From Octopus sinensis (lineage: Eukaryota), in contig NC_043004.1 in NCBI RefSeq assembly GCF_006345805.1, forward strand, positions 1,860,001 through 1,924,000: DNA of 64,000 nt, in the 5' to 3' direction. Both the position numbers and the translations under genes were made by a program. The notes under the pieces are model-generated. The model was not told where the DNA came from and did no database searches. It saw nothing but the letters and a program-made list of their open reading frames with translations. Positions within the stretch are counted from its first letter, which is position 1. Every line of letters starts with the position of its first letter. Shown here one piece after another: positions 41,724 to 56,136 of this stretch.

Positions 41724-44647
41724 AACGGATAAGAGAAATAATCATAAAAATACGGTGAGCTCCTGTAGCCTTGCATTACCGTGTGATGAGGTACAAATAT
41801 TGTAATGGTGTCGTTTTCCCCCACAGATCATCCCCGATGGCGTCGTTGATCACATTCCACCCATAAACATCACGCCTTATATATTCAAATATAATATCAC
41901 TAAAATTTACATCTTACAATGTGCCTTCCTTTTTATTATTATGGTAGGACTTAATTTGAAAGATATTTAGCTGTTATTTCTAACAGTTCTAGAGACCATA
42001 CAGAGGGTCATTCGCTGTTTAATTGGTCGGTTGGTTAATTCGCTAGTTAATTCGGTGGTTAATTGGTAATAATCGTTGAGGATTATCTCTGTTAGCTTTG
42101 ATCACGCACATCTACACGATTAGATGCGATCCGCGTGTTCATTGCTCCGTAATATTATGGTTGAAGTTTCCAAGTGCCTTCTAGTTTTAGGCTGGTTCTA
42201 CTGCAATTAAGTTAGAAATATTATTATTTAGAAGGTAAAAAGGAAACCACTGCAGGGTGTTCTCTCACAAACAAATCTAAAATCAGCATTCCACTTTAAC
42301 TTCACCATTTCAGTGTTATGAAATATGGCTGTGAGCAACAATCATACAAGAAAACCAATAGCTAACCTACCACAACGATGCTGAATTACAACCGAATTCA
42401 GAGAAAACAAATCTGTTTAACGTTGATGTCATTCTTCGTCGTTTTCCACTTCTTATCTGCCGTCTCAAAGGCGTCTCTGGTATTTGAAGTATCTGAGAAT
42501 GGTTAATATCAAATAAATAAAGTCGAAACTTTGGTACATCTTCTACCTGATAAAATAGTGTAATATCGAAACCTCTTAGTATAAGTCTGTCTGGAAACTA
42601 TAAACCGCCAATGTCTCACCAACACCCTTGTATATGGAGAAAAGATTATGTTCGCGATGGAACGATGGTCAAAAATATACAAGTGATTATCTAAAAGATA
42701 TAACGTTTTAAAAGCTCGGAAAAAGCATAAAAATTTCTGTGTAAGATAATTGTAGTCGTCGAGATAGCCAGAGGAACGTAAAAGAGCGTTGGCAGAAGTC
42801 TATGTCAGACAACAAGGTGGCAACAATGGCATTGGCTCAAAAATAAGTGCAACTATTAAATGGATGGCCTAAGCTCTTTCGAAATTTGATACCATCTTAT
42901 TCAACTAATTTTTATATTTGTTAGCCAATTGATAAAGGTTTCATAAAACTGGCCTTGCGTCGATTTTTGCTAATCTAATCGCATTATCTTACTGCAGATT
43001 CTACTCGCGTATTTTAGGATAACAACTTAAATAACAACAAAGTGAGCCACAACGACTATAAACAGTTGTTATTGGCATGATTGATGTTCCTGTAAAGCTC
43101 TCTGGGAACATATTGTCTATTTATACAACTATTCTAACACAGCTTGAATGTTGCAGATACAGTGTCATTTCATTTACTGGAGGCTAAAATGTCCCTGATA
43201 TCAAATCACTTAAACTGACATAAATAGAGAACTAGACAAATGCAAGAGAGACGTGAAAACAGAGAGATTGTGTGAATGAAAGAAAGTGCAAGAAATTGAG
43301 AAATAATGTGAAAGATAGAGAGAAAGTGAGAAAAGGAGCATGTGGATGCATATACCAACTTAAACTTCTAAAATGATATATCTCTCTTAGTTTGCTTGTG
43401 TGCATAAAATATATATAAGAACAACCGCGAGAAAGTAGTCACAAGAGCCGGATGTAGGAAAACGTAATAATATAATGGGTGCTAGTATAGTTGATGTAGT
43501 AAGAAAATTTCATTAATTAGTACTCAGAATAATTATTAACTAAATTACTAATCTTGATTGAAATTAAATATAGAAGATTAGTAGAAAAAAATGTTAATGT
43601 TTAGACATAGAGAGACAATTGCTGACATGTTTCGGTGCAATTAAACTTTTTCACTGAAGCATAGTGTAACGTTTACTCTATCTATCTATATATCTATCTA
43701 TCAATCTATCTATTTATCTATCTATGTTTCTATGTATGTATGTGTGTACCTGAGTGTGTGTATGTATCTATGTATGTATGTAAGTATATATATATATATA
43801 TATATATACGTGTGTGTGCGTGTGTATGTATGTATACGTTTGCGTGTGTGTGTGCATGTACATAAACATATGTGCATATACATATTATATAAATACAGTA
43901 CTTTCGATGTATAAAAGTGCTCAAAAATTTCGTGCGCAATGAGCTATAACATCCACTCCCTCAAGTTTACAATGTCTCGTTTATCACGCACCCACACTAT
44001 CTATTGACTTGACTAGAAAACGACAAATGACGATTAATTGACAAGAGTTATTGGAAGGGCTTCTTTGGCTCTTTCTTCCCTTTTTCTACTTTTCAACTTT
44101 TTTCTTCTTTTCTGCCTGCTCTTTATTAAATTTTTAAAAGAATGCCTCCTAATTTTATGAAATAACTGCTCTATTTTATTCCACAAATTTCTATTCTAGA
44201 ATAATAATATTTCCACGATGGTTGATAACTTTTATTTTTTTACAGAGAAACATATGTGAATATGTAGCGATTAAAGTTTAACTCTTATATATATATTTCT
44301 ATATTCCTGTAGTTGGCACAAACATTAGTGCCTCGTGCATTCGTACAGCTTTGCACAAAGGATTAACTCCGTTATATTTACGTAAATTGCACAAATACTT
44401 TGACAACAGGTGAACTAATGGTACAAAATAAGATTTTAGCGCACAGAGAATCAGAGAATTGAGAGTTCGTTGCAAGAGAGAAATATTGTGCACTGAGAAC
44501 TGATTGCATGTTATGAAATATTCAAAACTCTTACTTCATACTCAATGGTGTTTTTCACTTTTGGAAACTATTTGAGTATAAAAGGACAACAGTGAGTAGC
44601 AGTGGCCTATAAAGGTGAAGGGTTATGAGATCATTCATCATTATTAC

Positions 44648-44880
44648 CTATTTCTTTACTACCCACAAGGGGCTAAAGACAGAGAGGACAAACAAAGACG
44701 GACACACGGATTAAGTCGATTATATCGACCCTAGTGCGTAATTGGTACTTAATTTATCGACCCCGAAAGGATGAAAGGCAAAGTTGATCTCGGCGAAATT
44801 TGAACTCAGAACGTAACAGCAGACGAAATACAGCTAAGCATTTCGCCCGGTGTGCTAACGTTTCTGCCAGCTCGCCGCCT
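44648..44880 (-). mobile_element. SINE family A monomer, tail 1
   Basis: Full reverse-complement copy; ttcatcattatta is duplicated at the flanks. Confidence 0.85.
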
Positions 44881-47120
44881 TCTTCATCATTATTAACTTT
44901 GAGCCATGTTTTAGGCAAGACATTTAAAGCAGCCATCCCTTAGGAAGAAGAAGGTTATGAAACAGAGAAATAGTGAGAGGGGTTGAGGCAGAGAGAATGA
45001 CAGACTGATAGATCATCTTCATGATGAAGTTGTTATGTGTGTTGGTGTTCTTCATCTCCTCTCAGCCGTTCAGTGAAAGAGAAAGAAATAGAGTGAAATG
45101 TATGTAAAAATTAACTGAATAAACAGTTTAATGGAGGGAAACCTAATTGAAGATATTCAGTCAACACAGACATTGAGTAAGATTTGTGTATAAGTTACTG
45201 GGTAATTTTAGAATGGCTGACCAAGTGGTTAGGCGTCAACGAATTAATGAGTTAGGGAGCAACTCCGAGTTGGTGTGATTATTGCTTAATGGTGAGTTAG
45301 TGAGATTGTGAACTAATGTTTGTAATTGAACGAAAGCAAGAAGGAAGCGAACGGCTAAAAGAGGCGAAATTCGAAGGAAACAACAAAGAGACGGTGGAGG
45401 AGGGTTTGGAGTGGAAGAGTGAACGTGAAACAGGTTTGGTTGTGTCACAGCGGTTGTCACATTTAAAATAGCAGCAAGCAGACCGATAAATAGCATTAAT
45501 TCCTCCCCGCAAATTCTCAAATTGGTCGGAATGACGGGGAAATTAGAAGAATAGAAGCTTCCATTGCTTCTCATTTATTTATCTTAGACTGATTTCGAAG
45601 ATAATCGGTCAAATTACGCGAACTATCAAGAAGAATAAGTCTATAAAATGATAAATTTGTAGACGATGATGAAAAAATTCGTAACAAAAAAGCGAAATAA
45701 ACGCTAAAATAGAAGCCAAATTAGGAGAATTGTTGTAATGGTTGGGAGTCTAAATTGAGGAGCAAAAATTAGAGGAGAGAATCAAAATGGTGCTGAGAGA
45801 GAAAGAGATATTGATTTCGTTTGACTTGTCCCAGCACCAACTTTTACAAAGGATGTTGTATATCTCACTGAATCAAAATCAGCTTATTACTGGTACTTAT
45901 TTTGTCAGTTCAGAATTTATAGAACCAAAATAGATTACTAGAGAAAACTGAACCTAGAAGGATGTAAGGTAATCTCATAACTATCTATCGCTAAGATTTC
46001 TCTCGCTATCACAGAGCGTGGCAGCTGCACGTTTCACGTCCATTCCGAATGTAAACAGACGAATATAAATGTACGAAGTAGAGAAACGAGCGCAGCATAT
46101 TATCTGACGTTTATCGCACCAAGGAGCAAGCCTGCAAATAGCTAGAAATAGCGTCTAAACATCTCTCTTATCATATCTATATATCTATCGAAGTCATCGA
46201 CATATTTTCTAATACCAAAGAAAGCAAGCTAGTCGTTATCATAATGAATGGGTGAGAGGTCGAAGTAAGAATAAGCATTAGATAAGCGGACTTGCAGTAT
46301 CGCATTTGGAGGATTAAATTTAATTAGACCGTCATCTGACATTGGACTGGGAATCTAGTTATTTTACTTGAGAGCTATGGTTCTCTGGGGGTACCTAGGG
46401 GATGGGAACTAGGACGAAGTTTGGAGTGGGATCGCTAATTTCACTTAGAAATGATTTGAACTCACCATCGAAAGTCACCAGGGGTGGTGAATGCTTACAT
46501 CGACCTTAAAATATACAACCGGGCATAAGCGATTATTTCCTGCGAAACCCATGTATTTCTCATAGCGATCTCTAACCAGAGACGATGCAACATCAAAACA
46601 TAGCAACAACAACATCAATGATGAGGAAAATAAAATTAACTCAGTACCATCACACTATTTCGGTGAGAAAACGGTCGTAAACTACTGACCAATTATTAGC
46701 ACAACTTTCAAGTGGGCCCCTGCTCGGTCAACGTCGAAGCAGCAATACCCATAAGAGAAGCAATGACGATTGGAGAAAAGTAACTGCAAGAGTTGTAGGA
46801 GATGATGAGAAAATGAGAATAGAGAAGTCGCGCTGATCGCGGTGCAAGAAGTGATTCAAGAACCTACAGAGGTACGACGCCCTACTGATACATAAACAGA
46901 AATTGTTAAAGAGATGGAAAGCTGTTTTGAAGTCGGTGTGGAAGTAGAAGAATTTTGTCAATCACAAAAGTCAATAAAGTATGACGTGAGTATAAGTATA
47001 AAAATACACAAAACTCACAAATACGGTGAAAAGTACGAAAGAAACAAAACAAATACAAAAATATCATTAATAACAGCAGCAACAACACAATCTACAGCTT
47101 TTCTCCCCCATGAATTTCAC

Positions 47121-47263
47121 TTTTACATTATTTACATTTGATGGATATTTGTCCTCATCGTGTTTGTTGTTAACGCAACGTTTCGGCTTATATAATCTCT
47201 GCCGCCTTCAGGTGTCCTGGAGAACTTTCGAACCTGGGTTCTCATTCCTAAGGTATTTTTCGA
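47121..47263 (-). mobile_element. Third, decayed copy of the 40467 HHR-bearing repeat
   Basis: Minus strand reads taccttaggaatgagaacccaggttcgaaag...gacacCTGAAGGcggcagagattatataagccGAAAcgttgcgtt; the core is mutated. Confidence 0.72.
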
Positions 47264-47797
47264 AATTTCCAAATCTCTGATATTTCGGGATTTAATCTAT
47301 TTTACATAAGTTTAAGCAACCAAATGACTAAAGTTGAACAGAGAATTAAGAATTAAAAAAAAATTCAGAAGCTAAATCAAACGAAGTGTTAGATGCGATA
47401 TCAAGAATATTTTTTGAGAAATGTGGAATACTGTAGTGCAAACTACAAGGGAAAAATAAAAAGAAAAAAGAAGTGTTTCTGCTGGAATGTTGGTAATTAT
47501 ACAAAGAAGACAATAACAAAATGAGTTACATGAAAAGTGACTTGTAAAAATTGATAAACACACCAGCAATGTGAACGAGACACTAAGATGTTAGTTACGC
47601 AGTGCAGAGTAGACGACTATCAGCTTTCAGCTCTGATGCATCGGCTTCGGCCTCTGTACACACGACAGATACCGAATGTCATGTGACTATCAATGCCTCG
47701 AGATATTTTGCTCGTTGCAGAAACTGCGAGATCCACAGGAAAATTCATTAAAGCATGCTAAACAAAGTTTACGCATGTATGTATGCTTACATGCGTA

Positions 47798-47832
<35 letters not shown>

Positions 47833-48958
47833 AAAGATAAGTAAGCATGTGAATGTGTATTAGTGTCGTTGGATTTGTTTTGCGCTTGTGTGAATATCTG
47901 TGGCAGAATAACTGGGCGTCGTACTAGGCTATGACCTCAAAATATGGTTTGGACATGTGTGTACGATCCTGTATTAGATTGACACACTATGTGTTAGTGT
48001 GTATGTGTGTGTATATGTGTATGTTAGTGTGTGTATTAGTGCGTGTGTGTGTGTGTCTTTTGTATGTATGTGCAGACACAGTTATTGTATTCCTTTGCCG
48101 TTTTCTTTAATGGCATGATTATTCTTCCTGTGTACCTCTGTCTTTCGTTCCATCCCACCTTTCATTAAGAAAACAACTGAAATATAAATGTTTGTCAATG
48201 TCAATTTTGCACTTAACAATCTAATCAACATACGATGTTCCTTCACATGCATCTATGCGCCCCACAGTGTCTTGTCTGTTGATTTCAAAGCATGTTAAAG
48301 TTTCTGCCGAATGTCGTTCTTAAATCTATTGTTATGTTTTTTTAATCCACCATGATACAAGTGTCCTTAATTTTACTTTCTACCAGGCTGTGTTGATGTA
48401 GTTATCAAATCAGTATTGCATATCTCATAAATTTGACCACATTCTGCAACAATGTTTCAACTTGCTTAATCAACTGAAGCGCACAACTCGAAGTAACAAA
48501 CCTAGAAAAGCCATGTATTTGAGTCCAGTCTATTTTAACGTATTGGTTAAACTTATTAGCATCAAGTTATTATTAAACCGATATTTCCATTATCATTATT
48601 ATCATAGATCAAGATAGCAATACGAACTTGAAAGAATAAACTTTTTTTTATATTTTACGCTCACCATAGTTTTATTATCTATTCTCGTCAGTTTAAGAAT
48701 TTAATAATTTTATTCCTTATCACATTCAACGAGATAACATTGTCTGTAAATTCATATATCATATATCACCCCCCCACACACACACAAAAATATATACTGG
48801 TACGTGTACAAATCACAATATCGCAATTCATATTTAATAAATTATATTTGGGAATAAATGTTATAGAATGGCAAACGGGATCCCAAGATGTCTATAATAT
48901 GTAAAACAGTTACCCGAACGGTTAGTAGTACTCACCTCGTATTATTAACGCCGAAATA

Positions 48959-49392
48959 GGCGTAGGAGTGGCTGTGTGGTAAGTAGCTTGCTTACGAACC
49001 ACATGGTTCCGAGTTCAATCCCACTGCGTGGCAACTTGGGCAAGCGTCTTCTACTATAGGCTCGGGCCGACCAAAGCCTTGTGAGTGGATTTGGTAGACG
49101 GAAACTGAAAGAAGCCCGTCGTATATATGTATTTATGTATGTATGTATATATATGTATATGTGTGTGTGTGTTTGTGTGTCTTCGTATGTCCTCCCAACA
49201 TCGCTTGACAATCGATGTTAGTGTGTTTAAGTCCTCGTAATTTAGCGGTTCGGCAAAAGAGACCGATAGAATAAGTACTAGGCTTACAAAGAATAAGTCC
49301 TGGTGTCGATTTGCTTGACTAAAGGCCTGGCTCCAGCATGGCCACAGTCAAATGCCTGAAACAAGTAAAAGAGTACAAAGAGAGTAAAGAGA
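48959..49392 (+). mobile_element. SINE family B, full length
   Basis: tggctgtgtgg A box and gagttcaatccc B box, core, microsatellite and tail. Confidence 0.88.
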
Positions 49393-50028
49393 GATATATC
49401 TGAGTTCTAAGAACCGTTTCATAAATAAATGCAATTGTTGGTAAAACATAGGGATGTATAGAAACATTCATTATCTTTTTATTGCCGGACTCCATTTTCT
49501 ACCAGATCAAAACAATAAGAGCTAAGAGTGTGTTGATGGTAGGATCAATCCCATCGTATTGATGCGCATGCTCAGAGAAAGACCCGTGTCTCATGAAGTG
49601 ATTCAAATGAGCGAATAAGCACACTTGAATACAGCATGGAACATTCGAGAAATATTAATTGGTGGTAGGGACTCTGTGTTTCGTTATGCAACCATACTAT
49701 TGTACAAAGTATGTTAAGGGATTTATAAGTTAATATTGTGTCCTGTTGTGTTTGCAGAACGATTCAGTCAGTTTTAAGGTCATCTCTATTTAATGTGTTC
49801 GTAATAGGTTCGATGTGGTGCTGAAGAATGAGTCAAAACACCTGAAATATGCACACAAGCCCATTACCTATTTTTCTATCTTCGACTGCATTCTTTACAT
49901 GGACGTATTCGTGTATGAAACATCGTAACTTTCGATGCTGGCTCTAAATTCCATAGCAAATCTGTAGAGATAACTTTAAAATGTGGTTCAAGAAATATTC
50001 ATCAATTTTTCAATATTGATACTACTGA

Positions 50029-50155
50029 TTCCGAGGTCGACTTTACTTTCATCATTTCGGGATCCATAAATTAAGTACCAGATGCGTACTTGGGTCGATC
50101 TAATCCAGTGGGCCCCTCCTCCAAAATTTCGGGCCTTGTTCCTAGAGTAGAAAAG
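50029..50155 (+). mobile_element. SINE family A, 5'-truncated, 17-bp TSD
   Basis: aatattgatactactga at 50012-50028 and 50156-50172. Confidence 0.82.
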
Positions 50156-50511
50156 AATATTGATACTACTGACATGCTTCACTACATAATATGAACAAAG
50201 CGAGTTAGACAATTTCGAAAATTTCGAAAATAAGGAATCTTAGTTATGAGCACTGTATTGTAACGAGGGCATGGATCTATATATAGTGTCAGATTCATAG
50301 GTAGATGTCCGTTTCCATATTCTCTCAATCATCGAAAGTCTCAAAATAAATGCACAAAATTCTATGTCATGTATCTTGTATTGGATTCAGTGTTCTTGGT
50401 TTTGTGGTTTACAACACATATGCCTTACCTGGCAAATTTGTTTCTGACATGTAACTGTAAGCTTGAACTTTAGTTACGCTCCAGTGATCCTGTGAGCAAT
50501 ATCGTCTTGGA

Positions 50512-50718
50512 ATATATAAAAACATAATTTATTCGAACGTAAAACCGCCGTTAGAACAGCAGAAATATTGGGTAAATTACCTTTACAAAGTGAAACAATT
50601 CGTCAACAAACAGCCATCACTGTTGACAAATTTTCCCGCTTTATAAGGGTTATTTACCCAATATATCTGCTGCTCTATCGGCATTTCTCCGTCCGAAAAG
50701 AATTATCTTATTTGTATC
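50512..50718. repeat. Imperfect fold-back (arms of about 95 bp), probable old MITE
   Basis: gccgttagaacagcagaaatattgggtaaattacc... is inverted relative to ...ggttatttacccaatatatctgctgctctatcggc, with a ~12-nt loop near 50615. Confidence 0.7.
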
Positions 50719-51479
50719 GTACAATACACATTTTCGACGCTTAAAAAGCAAATGTTTGTTTATGTTTATATACGTATAAAAGTTATGTTTCATTCATTTA
50801 GAAAACAAAATAAAACCTTTTTCGTTTTACCAACTTTCAACCCCGCCACTTTCTAAGCGAACAAACTGATTTGCATCAAGTTTCGAGATTGGAGAAAAAT
50901 GGAAAAAAAAAAATGTCTTCAAATGTGTTTTCTTCAAATTTGTATATACGTTTCTTAATAGACAATTATTCCTTGCAATGGTAAGATTTTAGCATATATC
51001 TTATATTTATAGCTTGTGGAAGGCTGAAAGGCAAATTCGAACCCTTTTTCATGACTAAGAGAAGGATGGGTAGCATCCAAGATTTTTGGAAGACCTGTAA
51101 GACTGGTAAAGCGGGGAAAGAAATCCCGGCTTATTGGCTTACTCTAGAACGGAGACTAAGAATAAATACTAAACAGACTGATATCTGCTGAAGGCACTCA
51201 AGGACCAACTGTTTATTTTTGAGACAGACAACCTATTGTATTACCCAAAAAGTTTAGAATTACAAAAGGAAATGCATAAAGTCCTTCAAATCATCTTTGT
51301 ACTGCTTCTGTTCCTCTACCTTCACTTCTAATTCAAAATGAGTTCTTATATTTGTTGACCGATATCCAAACTACAGCGGATATCGGTAGTTTGGATATCT
51401 AGCCACTGGATTTGGTTAAAAAGAGACGATGAACGATGGCTAGAAGAATATTGAGTTTTATTTGATAACCAGTTGATTT

Positions 51480-51720
51480 AGCAAGCGGAGCCTCATATCA
51501 GTGTGGGGGAGGCCAGTGCGCATTGATGCCGTTGAGAGGTAGGCCCCGAAACGGCGCGCATTCTCTCCTGATGACCCCATACACTTGCTGGCTTCCGGTA
51601 TGCGGAGTTTTTGACTGGTAGTACTTGCATGTGCAAGTTGTTTGCAAGACATCATAACCAAAAAGATTTCGAATAGGTGCAAAGACAACGAAATCGAATC
51701 CAGTACATATATATTTCTTT
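51480..51720 (-). pseudogene. Possible CR1/L2-like RT relic
   Basis: SQQVYGVIRRECAPF...PPH*Y loosely resembles AS..LG.LRR...F...RP.LEY. Confidence 0.3.
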
Positions 51721-52599
51721 TTGACCTCACAGTAATAGGATTTGAAGAAAGAATAAAAGTGATGTAACTTTAAGGATGACGGTAAATCCAGTCGCTCAAA
51801 TACTGATGCCAAACATCGTTCTTAAGGAGCATAAGATTTTGTACGGAATAATATCTAACGTCTATCCTCAAGAATTTTATCTACCCCCCACAGAGTCAAA
51901 ATCAGCAAAATTTTTTATAACTGATGCACGGCATCACTCTAGGCAATGCATCATTTTATGAACATAGCATTATTTGAATCTTCGCTAGACCTACACATAT
52001 GACTATAGAAGAGAATGATATGGAATAATGCATGAGATTAAAAGAACCGACGCTTTGCTTCACTTGCGTTGGTTTCCTATTGTGGCATGAGACATCCTGT
52101 GTACACCTACAGTAAGAATGAATAACAGAAAAAAAAGTTGCTTTGATGGGAATTAACAAACGATGTTATGAGGTATGTTGCACAAATGAATCCATGCTTC
52201 CAGTGCGTAGTGACGTGACCATGCTAAAGTAAAAAAATCTTCCCATTTTCTTCAGCCAATCTCACCTCGATAACTATACTATACTCCTACAGCTTATCAT
52301 TGATTTACACATACCACGTTTATTTACATTTTGACGAACTGACGCATTGTCAATTAAATAGTTTTGCTAAAAGTGTTACCAACTGTGGGCTTAGATACGC
52401 ATTTTCGTATACCACTTCAGATTTTCCATTGTGGTTAAAAAAAAAATCAGCTCTCGATTTTTAGCTTTCAACACGAGAGATTAAGCCTATTATTTAAACA
52501 TTATCAAGTCTATTATAGGTTAAACAAAAAAAAAAATAATGGCTAATCTCCATTCAGCGCCAAATATACAAAAATAGATATACTTTTTAAATTCCTGAA

Positions 52600-52897
<298 letters not shown>

Positions 52898-52994
52898 TAA
52901 GCACATAAATTCAAAACAAGGTGGACAAAATAGTACTCGAATACCGAAGGTAGAGTAATATGCATTTTTTTTAAGACTGCAAAAATATCACAAA

Positions 52995-53036
52995 AACTGC
53001 TACTCAGAGTTTTACGTTCCCGTTCGTCGCGCAGTT
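52995..53036 (-). ncRNA. Degenerate hammerhead motif (helices intact, core mutated)
   Basis: AACUGC-gcGACGA-ACG ggaa CGU-aAAA-CUC u GAG-UA-GCAGUU; three core substitutions. Confidence 0.55.
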
Positions 53037-53722
53037 ACACACACACAAAACACACGCACACACACACACACACAAACATACACACACACACACTTATATA
53101 TATATATATATACACATACATATATATGTGTGTATGTGTGTGAGTATTGTTACAGATATAAGTGGAAATAACACAACCTACAAATACACACAACCATCGC
53201 CACACATGCAACAAATAGTTATAATTTCTACTTTTACAAGTCCTGTCGAATCATACCAAAGTCTATGTAACTTGCTAAAAATAGCAGAGAAGTTTTCCTC
53301 AATGCATACCAAAAAAGAATCACACCTTTCTCACATCCCTGTTAAGCATACCTTTGATAAATTACGTTCTAATCCCGACGAAACCATCCATTCTTTTCTT
53401 CAAACCTTAGGCTATGATTTGAGGTAATTCAACTGCTATATCTAAAAGGTTGAATAGTTAAGAAATACATACACATCGTAATGCTAGAGATGATCGTATA
53501 TGTGGAACTCACCTTTCAGGTTTTTTCTTTTTTGTTTGGAGTCTCTACACCCGACATCATTTAATCTTTTCATTCGCACTTATACACACAGGGTGAATAA
53601 TTGGCATTGTAAACACGATACATTTGACGCAAGATAGCTCTGTCTATTACGGCAGATTTCAAGGACGGCATTTTAAAAGCTTTCGTTCGTGTCACGTAAT
53701 TTTAAACAAAATACCCTGTTAC

Positions 53723-53766
<44 letters not shown>

Positions 53767-54505
53767 ATATATATATGTACACACACACAGAAGTCTTTCA
53801 AACGAAATGATAAAAATCTTATTGATATTAAGTCTTAAATGCTTTCATGAAAGCATAGCTAGTCAGCGACAAATACTTATACACACATGTACTCGCATAA
53901 CACAAGCACAAACGAACCACCGTGTCATTGACACACCATCTATGATAAGAACATTTAACCAATCACAATCTTTATTCGAGATGCGCCGTTATGCATTATC
54001 TTCAGTGGCTTGAATCACACAATAACAAAAGAGTTTATTAGCAAATGGGGTGTTAAGAAGTGCTTCACAGAGCAATACTCGCCTCGTATCGGAGATAAAT
54101 TAGAACGACCCGTTATTCTTGCTTTCGCTGTTTATAAACCTCTGTACTGTTTATTTTCATGACTTCTCCATTATTTCCTTTTTGTGTTCTCCGAAACTTT
54201 CTTAAATTTGCTTATTTTCATTCTACGGTGCGCGTGCACATTTGCACACACAAGCACGCACGCACACACACACATGAGCAAGCACACACACATACACACA
54301 CATGCATGCACGCACACATTCACACGCATACATGCATACACAGAAGCACACACGCGCAAACAGGCCCACAGGTATGTACAGGCAAGAATATTTGTATATA
54401 TGTCTGCTTTAAAGCAACCATAAATGTCAATAGTGTTGAAGAAATCTGGTAGGAAAAAATAGAAACGATGAAATATATTTTTTTTATATAACTAGCCTAA
54501 ATGTA

Positions 54506-55090
54506 GGCGCGGGCGTAGCTGTGTGGTAAGAATTGTGCCTCCCAACTACGCGGTTCCGTGTTCAATTGCACTGCTTGAACTTTGGGCAAGTTTCTTTTAT
54601 TATCGCCTCTCAAAGTCTCGTTAGTGGATTTGGTAGACAGAAACTTAAATTCGGCGATCTGGCAGAAGCGTTACCACTGCCGCTACGTTCTGAGTTCAAA
54701 TTCCGCCGAGGTTGACTTAGCCATTCATCCTTTCGGGGTCGATAAATTAAGTACCGGTTACGCACTGGGGGTAGATGTAATCGACTTAATCCGTTTGTCT
54801 GTCCATGTTTGTCCCCTCTGTGTTTAGCCTCTTGTGAGTAGTAAAGAAATAGGTATTTCGTCTGCCGCTATATTCTTAGTTCAAATTCCGCCGAGGTTGA
54901 CTTAGCAATTCATCTTTTCGAGATCGATTAAATAAGTACCAGTTATGCACTGGGGTCGATGTAATCGACTTAATTTCTTTGTCTGCTCTTCTTTGTCCTC
55001 TCTATGTTTAGTCCCTCGTGGACAATAAAGAAATAAGAAACTGAAAGAAAGTAGTCGTGTATATATATCTGTGTTTGTCTCCCACCACCC
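54506..55090 (+). mobile_element. SINE family B interrupted by a family A dimer (54646-55035)
   Basis: Family B sequence breaks at agaaact (54639-45) and resumes at agaaact (55036-42), giving a 7-bp TSD. Confidence 0.75.
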
Positions 55091-55093
55091 CTC

Positions 55094-55131
<38 letters not shown>

Positions 55132-55359
55132 AAGGTATAAGTTAGAGGTGTTAAGCCCTCTAAGGGATAGGAGTATCCAGAGGCACTTCTGGTAATTACC
55201 TCCGTAAGTGTTGTCCTTATAAGATAAAAGGTATACGGTATCAGGTAATTTAAGAGGTAAACCGTAGTTTAATGTATATATAGACGATCAGAAAATGGAA
55301 GAAAGACAACAAATAGAAGCCATTATTTAATTAGTTAAGCAAGGAGAAGGTAAGAGTGA

Positions 55360-55437
55360 GTTTACAGCTGTTTCTGCGTACCAAAGTTGAGGTAAATAAG
55401 TATTTACCTCGTTGCAAATGGTAAACGTCATCAGAAC
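55360..55437 (-). ncRNA. Hammerhead ribozyme motif with long stem II, inside a probable Penelope terminal-repeat remnant (~55133-55545)
   Basis: Minus strand GUU-CUGAUGA-C-GUUUACCA...GAGGUAAAUA cu UAUUUACCUC...UGGUACGC-A-GAAA-CAGCUG-UA-AAC. Palindromic stem III; stem I only 3 bp. Confidence 0.65.
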
Positions 55438-56136
55438 GGAGAAAGTAGAGAGGAGAATAGAGTGAAAAATAGAGGGAGAAATCGGAAAAGAAAATGTTCA
55501 ATGATTTTAGTTGGGTTCAAAGTTCGTCAAATCCATAGTTGAAGAATATATATATATATATATATTTAATCAATATAGGGTAGCAAAAAATTCAATAGAA
55601 ATTTTTTCGCCACCAGCGGTCTAGTGAGAAAGAGAAAATAGTCAGAGACTATATATATAAATTCAACAACAATTGAGGAACGGCCCATTTAAAGGTTTAC
55701 CTGAGGTTAAATACCAACTTTAAATTTGAACAGTTAAGACGACGACGTAATTGCTATCCTAATAAACATAGTTGATTCTTCAGGTAAATACATGGCAACA
55801 CTAGCAAGAAATAATTATATTTTGTGGAAATAGAATGTAAAATAATCGTTAATGTAATTTTATAAAATATCTGTTGTTGACCCTGTATTTTGTGGGTAAT
55901 TATTGTCATTGAATGATATTTCTTTTACCCGATTCGATATTTTAAAATTATTAACTAAACAATTATTTATGCTTAAAGTGTATTTTCTGCAGCTGACAGA
56001 AAAACACTCTAAAATTCCTACGTAAAATGAGGGCAATTCTACTATTGGAGAGCGCTAACTAAATATGAACTCATAACTAAATTTAAATCAAGTTGACAGT
56101 AAGCTGTTGCTTAACTAATTATATCAATTTCTGTTT

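Noticed and set aside
41204-41824. 206-aa and overlapping ORFs; likewise the ORFs at 10752, 20971-21352, 22124, 28460-28929, 52520-52965 and 62233-63575
   Set aside because: Translations of di-, tri- and tetranucleotide repeats that lack stop codons; no domain content.
43621-43662. Minus-strand CCGAAACAUGUC-AGC half hammerhead
   Set aside because: The CUGANGA half is absent; at best an unrecoverable remnant.
45236-46960. Possible LINE endonuclease or RT relics (e.g. AIPIREAMTIGE..TARV)
   Set aside because: Similarity too weak to support without an alignment.
48959-49030. tRNA-like A and B boxes
   Set aside because: SINE head. No full cloverleaf, and it continues into the SINE body.
51540-51610. 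GAAAC followed by CUGAUGA, a possible permuted hammerhead
   Set aside because: The required helices are not complementary (cccc versus cccc). The region is better explained as a LINE relic on the other strand.
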